Below are positions 1 to 11,700 of a DNA stretch of 64,000 nucleotides, piece by piece. The notes below the pieces were generated by a model. It saw only the letters and a list, made by a program, of their open reading frames with translations, did not search any database and was not told where the DNA came from. The first letter of the stretch is position 1. Each line of letters begins with the position of its first letter. The DNA is from Vicugna vicugna (Eukaryota): contig MU057801.1 of assembly GCA_013265495.1 (NCBI GenBank), positions 2,200,301 through 2,264,300 of the forward strand, read 5' to 3'. The position numbers and the translations under genes were made by a program.

Positions 1-2214
1 AAAAGCTGAGCCTGTCTGCTGGGCAGGGTCGCCCCCACGCCTTGCCTGGCCTAGGCCGGCATCCCCAGACTCGAGCAATGTAGCACAAATGAGAGTGACA
101 GTCCCCACCTTCAGTAGGTGTGAGTCAGAATGTGACACGAGCCGAATGACACAGGGCTACCGCCGTTCCTCTGGGCCCCAGCTGCCCAGTGAGTGGGCAG
201 AGCCCCCGCAGAGGCGCTGGGACTGCACCGGCGCTCGGTGCAGTGACGGGCGGCGCTCTCACTCGTGAGCACAGCCTCCCATGTACCATGAGACAGTTCT
301 AAGGACCATGGTTGTCACTTCTGCCCTGGCTGATTCTCGAGGGAGTGACCCAGAACACGCCAGAGGCAGGAGGTGTCCAGGGTCTGTAAGTCAGTGCCAC
401 AGCCACCCACCCCACCCCGCCACAGACGTGCAGAGGTGGCACCACCCCGGCATCAAAGAGGCCTGCCTGCCTGCCCGCCTGACGCAGGGCCTGTGGGATT
501 CGGGGGAGCGGAGCTGGTCAGAGCAGAGAGCCGACGGTGGGTGCTGCCAGAGGGGGCCCCCGGCCCGATACCCAGGCTGCCGTGAGCAGGGCACGGGAGC
601 CGGGTGTGTCGTCAGAGCCGGCGCTGAGATCTCGGCTGGTGCCCAGCGAGCTTTCCCCACCTGCCCCAGGATCTGGCTCCAGGCGGTCCCTCGGGGTGCG
701 TCCATCACGCTCCGCACTGCAGCCATAGGCAGTGGGTGTCTGACCTGCAATTCTGTGTGGGCGCCTGGTCTGGTGGAGGCAGAGGAGGCCGACGGGTGCA
801 CGCGTCATAACGTCACCCAAACAGCACCATCGGAGGCTCACACACCCAGAGACATGCCCGCCTGGCCCCTGTCAGGCCCAGATCAGAGCCTGCCCATCTC
901 CCCCGGAGGCGGCTGCGGAGCACTGGGACCCACCAGTCAAGTAATGGGGTGCCCACTCTGCTGGGGGTGATGAGGGGCTCCTCGGGCACCTTAGAGTCTG
1001 GTCTTTCTGGCCCTCTCTGCAATTCCACAGAAGCCGGGAATCAGCCCGAAGCCTGAGGCCAGTGGTACCCCGGGAGTCCTCCTCTCGTGCCGGCCCCGCC
1101 CCTTGACTGCAGGTGGGTGGCCTGACGCTCCGGTGCTCTTCGTTGTCCATCTGTGACTGGCCAGCGTGACCCTGACCCTCACCACGCAGCAGGGGGCGGG
1201 CAGGCGGGGAGGACCGGAGGCTGCCAGCCCACGTCTCCCGCCGGGCGAGGGCGTTTGCTGGGCCAGCGGATGAAGGACCTGCTTTGACACCCCAGGAAGA
1301 ATGGGCAACCGAACGCCGTCCTTCTGAAAACAAACCAGTCTGCTTCCTTGCACCCCTCGGCTTGAAATGACAAAACCCGCCTTTTCCCAAGCCGCTCCGT
1401 TTCTGTGCGTCTCCGCTCCTGCGCCCAGGGAAGAGGGGCAGGAGTGAGGACGGGAAAGGGGGCCGGGCCGGGGACTCGGCTGTGGCACAGGCAGGTGGGG
1501 GGCGTGCCGGGGGTGGGGGGCCCGCGACCCTGCCCAGGCGCAGTGAGGGCAAGAGCCCTTTTTAATCAGGCATTTCAACTGGGACCGGACTTCCACGACT
1601 GACGCCCCAAACCAGCACAGAACCCTGTTAAGACTGACGGGGGTCAGGGCACAGCGGCCCAGGGCGTGCAGAGGCCCCAGCTCAGTGTCCAGTGGATTCG
1701 GCTCCGTGGCTGCCCTGACCCTGGGTGTACCTGCCGGAGTTTGGGCGCCTTTGTCTGATTTTATTTCCCCGGTGGCTGTTCCATCATCCGCTTCGTCCCC
1801 ACAGAAGCTCTGAGCTGTGTCTGATTTCCATCTGCAGCGATGACTCACCCTGCCCACGCCCCACCCCTCCCCAGCCCGGCCAGGGAAGCGCTCCTCTGCG
1901 GGACTCGTTCTGGCCGTTTCCTCCGAGCACCCTGGGTTCTCCCCCCTCTCTTCTCCGGTCCTTTCTAGAAGACAACAGTTGGAAAGTGGTTGGGTCCCCA
2001 GACCTGGGGGACGGTACCAGTGCCCTCGGGCCTCGGCCGCGCTGTTCAGCGTGCCCCAAGGCGAGACACCCCTCCCAGTCAGTGACAAAGGTCACAGCAA
2101 AGGCTCGTCACATCTTCCAGATGTTGGCCTATTTATCTGCTGGAGGAGAACCATGGCCCCAGGCTGGGTCCAGCTCTTGGACGTTTCTTGGAAGACCCAC
2201 GCAGTGGTGGTCAA

Positions 2215-2345
2215 AACATGAATTGATTGTCAGTGTTTAAGAAGTGTAAGATTTTACATAAGGGTCTGGATTTCTGGCTTCTCTTGAAAACTCAGAGTGT
2301 CTGACAACGCTGGCCCCACTCTGACATGGCAACCAGTGGCCAGGC
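2215..2345. mobile_element. Possible ancient DNA-transposon (MER/hAT-type) fragment
   Basis: Segment 'gattttacataagggtctggatttctggcttctcttgaaaactcagagtgtctgacaacgctgg' resembles a recalled ancient eutherian MER consensus; family not determined. Confidence 0.35.
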
Positions 2346-3171
2346 CAGGGTCCTCTGGTGCCGTGTGCGGCTCCTGCAGCCCCGGGGGCCTCAGCCCTGC
2401 TAAATGCCACCCCTGCAGCCCCCACCTTCCGTTTGCAGCCGCACAGCCGTGCTGCTGGAAGTCACCTGGGGCCCGTCAGGGTTCTGTGCGGATTCCTCTC
2501 TGCACGAACTGGGCTGTGGGGAGTCCTTCTAATAATAATGTCACACAAACCCTGGACGGCTCTCCAACAGATGCACTCACTCGTGCTTCGTACAGAAAGC
2601 TCAGCTGTGCGTCGCTGGCAGTAAGCGTCGGGAGACGCCGGGAGGCTGCCCTCTCCCGGGGAGAAGCCGCGCAGGTCTGAGCCGGTGACGGCGTGTCCGA
2701 CACCCTGGCCAGCATTGCACCGGGGCAGGCACGTGACCCAGGCTGCCCTTGTGGGCTGGGAGAGCTGGGCACTTCGGGAAATTTCTTCTTGCCCTCAAAG
2801 GGAGACGTGAGAAATGGTCACCCCACCCCTGAACGGTCTTCTGAGTGCTGGTGTGCAAAGCTGACGGAGCGTAAACAGGGAAGGAGGCTGGGGCCTCGAA
2901 GGCCAAGCCCAAGATCTCCCGTTGGAGGCTCCCTCACCCGCCCCGCCGGGCGTGCGCGCCCACCAGGACACACCAGGGCGCCCAGCCGCCCGGCCGTCAC
3001 CTCCCCCTTCCAGCAGCGCCAGGGTTCTTCTGTTTCCCACGGAGGCGCGCCTCTGAGATCATTTTTTAAGGCCCACCCCTCAGCGGTCCTCCCCAACCTC
3101 CCTTTTTCGTGTGTCTTTTCACAAAGCATGAAAAACGCTCTCAAAAACGCTTTCAAAGAACTCACAGCAGC

Positions 3172-3256
3172 GGGGAGGGTGCAGCTCAGGGGTAGAACCC
3201 GCGCTTAGCAGGCACGGGGTCCTGGGTTCAATCTCCAGTCCCTCCACTAAAAAAAA
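3172..3256 (+). mobile_element. Camelid tRNA-derived SINE (Vic-1 type), short form
   Basis: 5' GGGGAGGGT head, A-box-like 'gcagctcaggggt', B-box 'ggttcaatctcc', A-tail. Imperfect TSD aactcacagcagc (3159-3171) / aaatcacagcaac (3254-3266). Confidence 0.9.
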
Positions 3257-3502
3257 TCACAGCAACAAAGGTGGTGACCTGGACAAGCGCAGAGAAGGGG
3301 ACAGCAGGAGACGGCCACCTGGTCACGCTCGGGCGTCACCGGCCTTTAACACGGCCTGGTTCAGAGCCAAGTCTCTGGCGTGAAGGGTTCAGCAGGTTCT
3401 CTGACCTTCAGGAGCAGGAGGGCGTGGCAGATACAAAATGCAGCCCCTAGGCCATCAGTGACTCTGCCCGGCAGGGAAGACAAGTCCTGACACCCAAAGG
3501 CT

Positions 3503-3554
3503 CCACGTGCCCTGGCCCCCACATCCCCTGGCCCCCACGTGCCCTGGCCCCCAC
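3503..3554. repeat. 16-bp tandem repeat (ccacgtgccctggccc) x about 3
   Basis: Directly visible; copies 1 and 3 contain the E-box CACGTG. Confidence 0.85.
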
Positions 3555-5864
3555 GGGGACGCTGGGTGTGGTCTGCTTTCCCAGTCATACCCAACTCCCC
3601 CCAGAGAGAGATGGGCTGCGGTGCAGGCCCAGCCTGGCCCAGGTAAATTGGACTCGCCAGGGATGAGGCTGAGGCCCAGGTGAGGACCTGGAACCCAGGA
3701 AGGGAAGCTGAAGGGTAGCTTGGGTGCCCCACGTTGTCGGGACCTGAGGGTCAGGGGAACAAAGCCAGTACTGGGGTCTTCCATCAGCAAACAGTGGAGA
3801 AGGCCGATCTCCGTCTGTGCATCAGGTCGGCGGAGGTCCTGCTGTAGACGTGGAGGACTATGTCCGTACCGATGGGAGTAAGGGCAACCCTAGGGGATGC
3901 TTGGGGGGGTGGATCAGGGAGGAAAAGCGCTTCCCTGGGGCAGGAACAGGTGCTCCCCGCTGGGGCCCTCGGGCTGTGTGAGCGGGCGCTCCCTGCCCTT
4001 GCAGGGTGGCAGGGAGATGGGGACTGACTGGAAGCGCCTTCCTGGGGTCGCACTGTCCCTCCCTCCTCAGCAGGGTCTTCCGTGTCCCGAGGAGATTCCG
4101 TGAAGGCGGCCACGTGCCGAGTCTCGCCTTAGTGCAAACCCACCACGGTTCTCACGCCTGGTTCTCCCCAAAACCTCTGCCCGGCTCGGGCCTCTGTCTG
4201 GTCAGGAGGCCCCGGAGGACAAGCAAGCAGTGACGCTTACGAACCGCCCTGGGCTTACCTAGAGCAGACAAAGACCTTGGGAAGTGACTCAGATGCCAGG
4301 AAGGAAGTTGCTTTTTTCCTAAGGAGCTCATTTAAAGCCAGGACAGAAAATGATGCAAGGCGAGCTGAAGTCAGAAAAGAAAGCACAGAGCCAGCCTCAC
4401 GGCCCGCAGTGGCGCCAGCCCCGCTCCAAGGCGCTGGGGGAGGGCTCGGCAGTGGGGGGCGGGGGCGGAGACCCTGTCTGGGAAGGTAGACCAGCTGACT
4501 CCCTCGGTGCACTGCTCTCTCCTCCTTCTCATGGAAGCACTGGGCACAGAGGAGGGACCACGTGCTGACACTTGACGGTCGATAAGTTTCCATCAGCTGA
4601 ACTCACTCACAAAACTAGCTCCCAGATCAAGAGACGGAGCCTCCCCGGAGGCCCTGGTGCCACGGCCCCCCAGGGTGACCCCCGACTGGGACAGCGCAGG
4701 CGGTGACTCGCTGCAGTTCCCTCGTGGAGTCCCGGGGGTGCCCCGCCAGCCGGCCAGGGCCTGTGAGACTGAGGCACGTTGGTGCAGAGGGCTCACCGCC
4801 GCCTCCGTGCTGGCTGTTCCGCTGGGCGGACGTGCCTCCATTCTTAAGTCCGCGCTGTTGATGAGATCCGGCAGTTAGAGGACTCCCTGTGCGTGATCAG
4901 GGAGGAATGCGTCGCTCCAGAGGCCCCTCTCCCACTGTGCCCGCCTCAGTGAGGGCGAGTCCCCTGGGCCCCCGTGACGCCCTCAGCTCCCGGAGGCCTG
5001 AGCCTGGCCTGCCTTCCTGCGGAAGCCGGGGGAGCGCGGCTGGTGCGGGTGTGGGCACCCCCCACGTCTCACGCTGGACCAGCTCTGCGCCCGCGTCGCC
5101 TGAGCCTCGACGCCTCCCGATGCCCAGAGCTCCCTCGTGCTGCCGCTTCTTCCCACTCACCGGCCGAACGCCCCCCTAAACCTTGCGGGCCTGGGTGAGA
5201 GGCAGTGATGCCCTCCCGGAGCTCAGGGAGAGGCTGGCGCTGAAAACAAGGTTTGGGCGATGTGATTAGAGAACACGCGGCTAGAGCCTGGGGGAGGAGG
5301 TGCGTCAGGGAGAGCCAGGGCCTTCGACCTGAGCTGGGGTTTAAAGGGCAATGTGGATGCTGACCAGACCCCTGCCTCGCTCGGCACCAGAAACAACGTG
5401 GACAGAGCTGGAGCCAGGCCCATCCTGGGAGTGGGGGTGGCGGTGCAGTCACGCTCCCCCCATTCAAGTGCACACCCGCCCAGAGGCCCGGGCGGCATGG
5501 GGGGGGCTGGGGTGCAGGCGAGGGGCAGAGCTGAGCCCAGGGCCCGCACAGGAAGCTACGCGTGTGATTGAAACCCCAGCAGGATTTAGGGAGATACAAG
5601 CAAGTGCGTTTCCTTCCTCCCCGGCGGGAGAGTGCCCAGCACATCCCCGGGGTGTTCTCTCCGAGGATGAACAGCTCTGGGTAGGCCTCCCTCCCCGGCC
5701 AGGCTTTGTCATCAGAAACGCGTCTGGAATTGTCCCTTATCAGCCGCAGGGCTCTGGCACTTTCTCCCAAGTCTGCGTCAGCGCCCTGATCACAGCACAT
5801 TCCTCAACCAGACCCTGGGAACTGCTTGCTTGGGGCGGGGGGGGGGCAGTCTTTTTCCTACTGA

Positions 5865-7175
5865 GATTTTGCTGTTCTTCTTACAGAAATGTATCACGGG
5901 TACAAAGCCAGCCTCGTGGGGAGGGCGCATTTTTGTTTCTGTTTGTCTCTGGCTTTGGGGTTCATTTATGGTGGTGTCGTAACTTAACTGAGTGTTTTTT
6001 AACCGGTGCTCGCAACGGCGTCTGTATCCGCGTGTGCTGAGAGAGGGCTTGTCTGGCCCCACGCCCGCGAAGGGAGCGCGCCCACGCCTCCGTGCTGTCG
6101 GCAGGTTTGCAGGTTTACCTTTGACGTAGAGCCTTCCGTCTCCCCGGGAGCACGCTTGGGGCGGGGGTGAGCCGGAGGCCCGAGGCCACGGCGCTCCCCA
6201 CGCTCGTCCGGTGGGCTCGCTGCATCTCGTGACCAAACCTGCCCGCTCTGTTCATTTCAAGCGCCGGCTTCATTACACACTCAAGTCTGACGCCACCTGA
6301 GTCTGTCTTTGCGCTGGGTTCTCGTCACTGGCCTGCGCATCTGTTCAAACCCCCAACGCCACGCCCGGTGTCTCCCCGTAGCTCGCGACGTTTCGGGGCG
6401 TCTGGATTTTAGATCTCGGATTCGCCTCGTGACCTGAATTTCCCTATTTCACTTCATGCTTTCTTTTTCGTAAGAACTTCTCAGAGATAAAAACCAGTTT
6501 ATCCGGTTGAAACGAACTCTCTATGATTATTTATACAACCAGAAGCATATAAATTAACAAGAGAAGAGTCTCCAGCTGGTAATGTGGAGCTTTCTGTCCC
6601 AGAAGAGAGAACGCTTTCCACACGGGCACAGGGTTGATTTTTTTCCCGCCTTCGTATTTTAGGTTTTTGTCACAAGGAACGTGCACTTTTACGTTGATTC
6701 CATGGTGTTTTTAAAATCACTTTTTTAAATTGCTGCCGCAAATGAAATATTTTCCCGCTTTATTTTCTGGCTGATTTTGGTTTTCATAACGCTACTGATT
6801 TTGGCAAATCAGGCCCACGCCCAGGCCGGACTGCCCACCGGTCCCGACCGTCGCTCCCTTGCTGCTCGGTGTCTCTCGTGCAGAGTCCGCTCCATCTGCA
6901 GAGGGAGGCGGTCACAGCCCGCCTCTCCCGGTCTTGAATCCGGTGCTCCTATCTCGGCGAAGCCGCCTCGGGGGCTCTGGGAGAATCTGGCGGGTGACGC
7001 GGCTTGGTCAGTGCCCTGCTGCGAAGTTCCTGCAAAACCGTCTCTAGCTCGTCACCGTGAAGCATGCATTTCTGTCAGAAGCATTTCATCATGTTGTGGA
7101 AGCATGCGTCTGCTCTCTTCAACTGACTTTAAAAGTCAGAATTAGGTTGCATTTTACCAAACACCCCTTGACCTC
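5865..7175 (-). mobile_element. Fragmented ancient L1 (L1M) ORF2/3' remnant
   Basis: T-rich blocks matching the recalled antisense L1 ORF2 sequence, e.g. 'ttttctggctgattttggttttcataacgctactgattttggcaaatc' and 'tcaccgtgaagcatg...tttcatcatgttgtggaagc'. Boundaries approximate. Confidence 0.7.
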
Positions 7176-7669
7176 TGCGGAAGTGGTGGTCTTCTCCCCT
7201 CTGACTTAGTAGGAGATGCTGGTGGCCCCCATTCCAGACCCCCTCAGGGTGGCGACCCCCACCCCCAGAAGGGCCCTCACCCCAGGGACCCTTCCCTGGG
7301 GATCCCTGGAAGGTGGGGCCCCGTCACACCAGGCTGCAAGGGGTACAGGAAGCCGCTCCCCTCCCTCCCATCGGGCAGGGAGTGGGGTGTAATTCGCACT
7401 CCAGAGCCCCTGTGGGAGGGGCCCCAAGGGACCCCCTGTTCTCTCCGCTGCTCCCGCCCCCTTCCAGCGTCTCCCAGGAGCCCGCGGGAGGAAGCACTCC
7501 GGGCATCCTCGCCTCAGGCTCTGCCCCCAGGGCCAGGCTGAAGTCAGGGAAGAAACTGCGTGAGCGGGGACGGCCTCCCCGCGCGGCGGGCTTGCCCTTC
7601 AGGGGGGACCGGCTGCTCCGATGCTTCCCCAGGCTGCGTTTGCTAATGCTTCCCCCTGACAGTCCCAGC

Positions 7670-7830
7670 AACAGGCGTGCGGGGACCCGCCCATCGTTCT
7701 CCTTCTGTGTTTTCTCAGGGTTTCGCATCTTACACACTGGATAAAGACATTCGGAAAGCTTTCTCTCTTTATCGACCTGGAAGCTTTAAAATGGCACCGG
7801 CATCACCTCCTACTTGAATCTGTCCCAGAG
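7670..7830 (-). mobile_element. L1 ORF2 fragment (probably the same element as 5865-7175)
   Basis: Reverse complement 'aagcttccaggtcgataagagagaaagctttccgaatgtctttatccagtgtgtaagatgcgaaaccctgagaaaac' parallels the recalled L1 ORF2 region encoding [30 protein letters not shown]. Confidence 0.55.
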
Positions 7831-8299
7831 CCTGTCTGGACCTCGCCAAGCTCGCGGGCCTCGGTGACCGCCCGCCTCCGCTGCTTCAGGGTCACCTGTC
7901 TGGTGAGATACTCTGTTTCTCCTGAGGTCACGAACATTTTTTACCCAGACACGGAAAAATACAGGTTCTGTGTGTATTTCTGGAGTCGCATGCATTCTGC
8001 TCACCTGCACGGGCTGCAGCACTGCCCCCGAGCTGCCCTGCACGCCCCGCTGCTGCGCGCGGCCCTCGCCCTCGCCCTCGCTGTGTCGCCGTGTCTGGCT
8101 TCCGCTCCACCTGCCGCCACGAGAATAGTTCTGTTGTGTTCTCTTAGTACGTAAAAAAAAAACGCAAAAAACACCATAGAAAAGAATGACAAAAACAACT
8201 CCAGATCCCACCGGTCTGAGACCTGGCGCCTCCCCCGCTGCACTGAATTCAGCGCCTAGAGCCTGGGTCTCCTCCGTCGCGGTCGGGGCCTCTTTAAGG

Positions 8300-8739
8300 G
8301 AAGACCCCACGGCGACTGAGCCAGATTAGCACCAACTTAGTGGCTCAAAACAACACAGCTGGACTCACTCACTGTCCGGGAAGCCAGGAGGCTCCTGGGG
8401 CTACAATCGAGATGACGGCAGGGCTGTTTCTCCAGAGGCTCCAGGGGAACGAGTTCCTGGCCTTTCCCGGCCCCTGGACCCACCAGCACCCCCAGCCCCT
8501 GGCTGCTCCATCCTCAAGACCAGTCATGCAGGTTCAGCGTTTCCCTCTCTCCCACAAGGACCTTGTCACTGCGCTGCACCCTCCGGGTTACTGAAAACCC
8601 TCTCCTCATCTCAAGATTAGCTGATCAGCAACCTTAATGCACCTGCCGCACGCTCCCCTTGCCCTGTAAGGAGACGCTCCCAGGTGTGGGGTTTGGAAGC
8701 CAGTGTCTTCAGGAGGGGAGCACTGTTTTGCCCGCCACG
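8300..8739 (-). mobile_element. MLT1 (ERVL-MaLR) solo LTR, near full length
   Basis: Hallmark 'accaacttagtggctcaaaacaacac' near one end and 'aggtgtggggtttgga...ttttgcccgccac' at the other, as in the antisense MLT1C/D consensus. Confidence 0.75.
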
Positions 8740-11700
8740 TCTCCCAAACATCTTTTCGCAAGTCCGCTCCCTCACTCCTGGGGTTCGGGGCCCCTGACAT
8801 TTGCTGAGCTGCACTAGGCCTGGGCGGCAGGTGCGAGCAGGGGACCCTCGGAGAAGTGGGCTGGGGGAGGGACACAGTCTGGAGGGAGTGGCCGTCCGGG
8901 GCCCGAGCTCTGGGCACAGCCAGCCCCCCTCCCCCAGGGAAGGCTCCTTGAACCCCCTCAACAGCTGTCCTAGGGAGCTCTCTTCCTTACGCCCACGAGG
9001 AAGAAGCCGAGGCCCAGAGGGGCTCGGGGCCACAGAGACCCCGCCAAGAATGAAGAACCTGGAACTGAGGGCCGTGTCCTGAGCTCCCCCCGCGCGCTGG
9101 AAATACCCCAGGAACTTCACTCAGGGGAACCCTGCAGGAAATCACTCCTCTCCGCCCTTCTCAGGCCTCTCAGCCCTTCTCCAAATATGGCACCAAACAC
9201 AGCCGGGGGCAGGGAAGTCGCTTCCTGGAGCACCGACGGGTCACGGAGGGACGTTTCCTCGCAGGTTGCTGGGTCTCTGTGGGACACAGGGGGAGCCAGC
9301 ACCCCCGACCCCCGACCTGCCCTCCCCGCACGCCAGCCTGGCATCAGCCGCCCCCAGCTCCGCGCTCAGCGCAGGCAGAGGGCGGAAGGGCGTCCCGGGC
9401 CGTGCCCCTCCAGCAGGAACTCTCTGCGCAGGGCTCCCAGCAGGATGAGGCTCCGCTCCCGGGCTCACCCACTGATAGCTCAGTCCCCTCCGCTCCAGTG
9501 AAGACAGTGCCGGGCCCTCTGTGCCTGTGGCCCACTCCCGGGGAGAGCCGAGCCCGGGAGGCACTCCAGCCCGGGCTCCACCCCAGCAGCCCTCCGCTCC
9601 TGGCAAGGGACGCCTCCCAGGGACAGACCCCTCAGACACTCCCGCCGCCCTCCTTATCCGCCTCTGCCCACGGAGACTCCACCTCCAACTTGTTTTTAAG
9701 TTACTTGTTCTTGGTAGCAAAAAACGCCAGGCATCAGGCTAGAATCATGGCGGTCTTACTGCCTCGGGGGAACTAGTCCCCCCGGTGAGAGCCGGGGACA
9801 CTCAGAGGCTGAGCCCCGGAATCGTGGAAGGCTCCCCATCGTTCCAGGAAAGCCGGCTCTCGCAGCAGGGAGGTGCTGCCCCGAGGAAAGGCCAGGGCTC
9901 CCACAGGTAACATCCTCCACGAAGTTTGGAGGCAACCACCAGGCAGAAATCTGTCCCCAACTCATCTCTGAGAATCCAGGCTGACATGTGAAGGCTTTGC
10001 CCCGCTCCACGCCTGTGCCCGGGCCCACCAATTAGGGCGCTGCTTCTGCTGTCTCCCCAAAGAGCACGGGGTCACAGAAGGGGGCGTTCCACCCAGAGCC
10101 TGAGCTCCCACCTCGGGACCACGCTCTGGGCACCTGGCGTGTCCAAGGCCGGGCGGGTCTTCCCTGCCCGGCCCATCCACCTACCAGCCGGGGGGCGGCC
10201 CTGGGTGTGTGCACCTGTAGGAGAGCTCTGGCCGTTTATGGGGTGTTTGTGGGCAGGGTCTGCACACTGGGCCCCCTGGAGGTGCGGGATAGCGGGGTAG
10301 GAAGAGCAGGGGGGCCAAGGGCCAGGGGCCAGAGCAGCTCAGCCCTCACCGCCAAGTCCCCCCAGGAAGGGGGGTCAGGAGCTCTGAATCCAGCCCTGGG
10401 TCTCTGGGCCGTTGGGAGGGTACAGTTATCAAGATAACAAGATAACTCCATTTTATTCAACAGTTGGTTAGCTCAGGTTGGGACTTTCACATATTTAAAC
10501 CCACAGTAAATGGCCCAACCATCTCTGGGGGGAGGGTCACCAGCAGCAGGTGCAGAGCATGGGGGCGTCGGGGCTCGGAGCCCCCGCACAGCCTGCCAAC
10601 CTCGGCCGGGCTGGGGGCACCCGCCCTGGGGCAGCCCCTGACTGCTCGGCACTTCCTCCCCAGGGGGTTGTGTCCCCAGCTCTGGATGGACCCTGGCTCG
10701 TGACCCCCTGTGATAGACGTATAGGTTTCCTGAGAAAGCACGGCCTGGAAACACCGTTGTGAGTGAGGAGACCCGCGCCTCGACGGGCGAGGGCGAAGTT
10801 GCCCGCGAAAACCAGCTGGAGCTGGAAACCATGGCGCACAGGTGGCCACGCGGGCACGGGCGCGGGAGGGACTGAGCGAGCCCACAGTATCTGCACGCCT
10901 GGGCCCCGACGGGTCCAGGGCAACCCAGCCGCCCCCTCCACCCATCGGCAGCGCCAAGGGGCTGTCGGTCGGATGACTCGTCCTCGCTTTGTCAGGTCCT
11001 GTCTAGAAACGACTCACGTCCAAGAAATCTCTTCCCTGCTGGTGAAGGTCAGCCCGGAGTCGCACAGAGGGACGCGCTTCCTTCTGCGGACGAGACAGAT
11101 CCGGGCGACGGGTGTCCTCGCCCTCAGTTCTGCCCACGCGAGTGGCTGTGCAACGGGGAAACTGGTGAGGCAATGGTTCAAAGAGGTCTCGCTAAGGTCG
11201 TGCCTTGTGGTTGAATCGAAGTTACAAAATCGGCAAATGGAGTCACGCTGGTTTTGCGGCCTTACGCCTCACGCTTCAGGAACGCCCCCCTCGGGGAATA
11301 TTACGTCAGAGGCTCTCAAACACCAGTGTGCATGGGGGTGGCCAGGGTGGCTCCTTCAGGGGCAGATGCCGCCCTCCATCGTCGTGTGCGTGAGCCGACG
11401 CCCAGGGCAGGAGCCGCGCATCTGCTGGTCCCCTCAGCGCCGCAGGTGATGGTGACTGAAGCCGGCAGGACAGCCGCAGCCCCAGTGCCCATGTGGCACC
11501 TGGGTGCGGGGAACGGGGCCAAGTCTGGGGGACCAAAAGCTATGTTTCTGAGGTACCGTGAGAGGAAGAAGGTGGCCCTGGGTCACCAAGGATTCCGTGG
11601 TCCCAGCGTGAGCACTGAGATCACAGGCACCAGAAATGCTTACTTCTCGGTATGTAAGTTCATAGCGATACGATAAACCGACTTAAAAACCAAAGCTATT

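Noticed and set aside
1186-1199. CTCF-like motif gcagcagggggcgg
   Set aside because: Partial match; such matches are expected by chance at this GC content without ChIP evidence.
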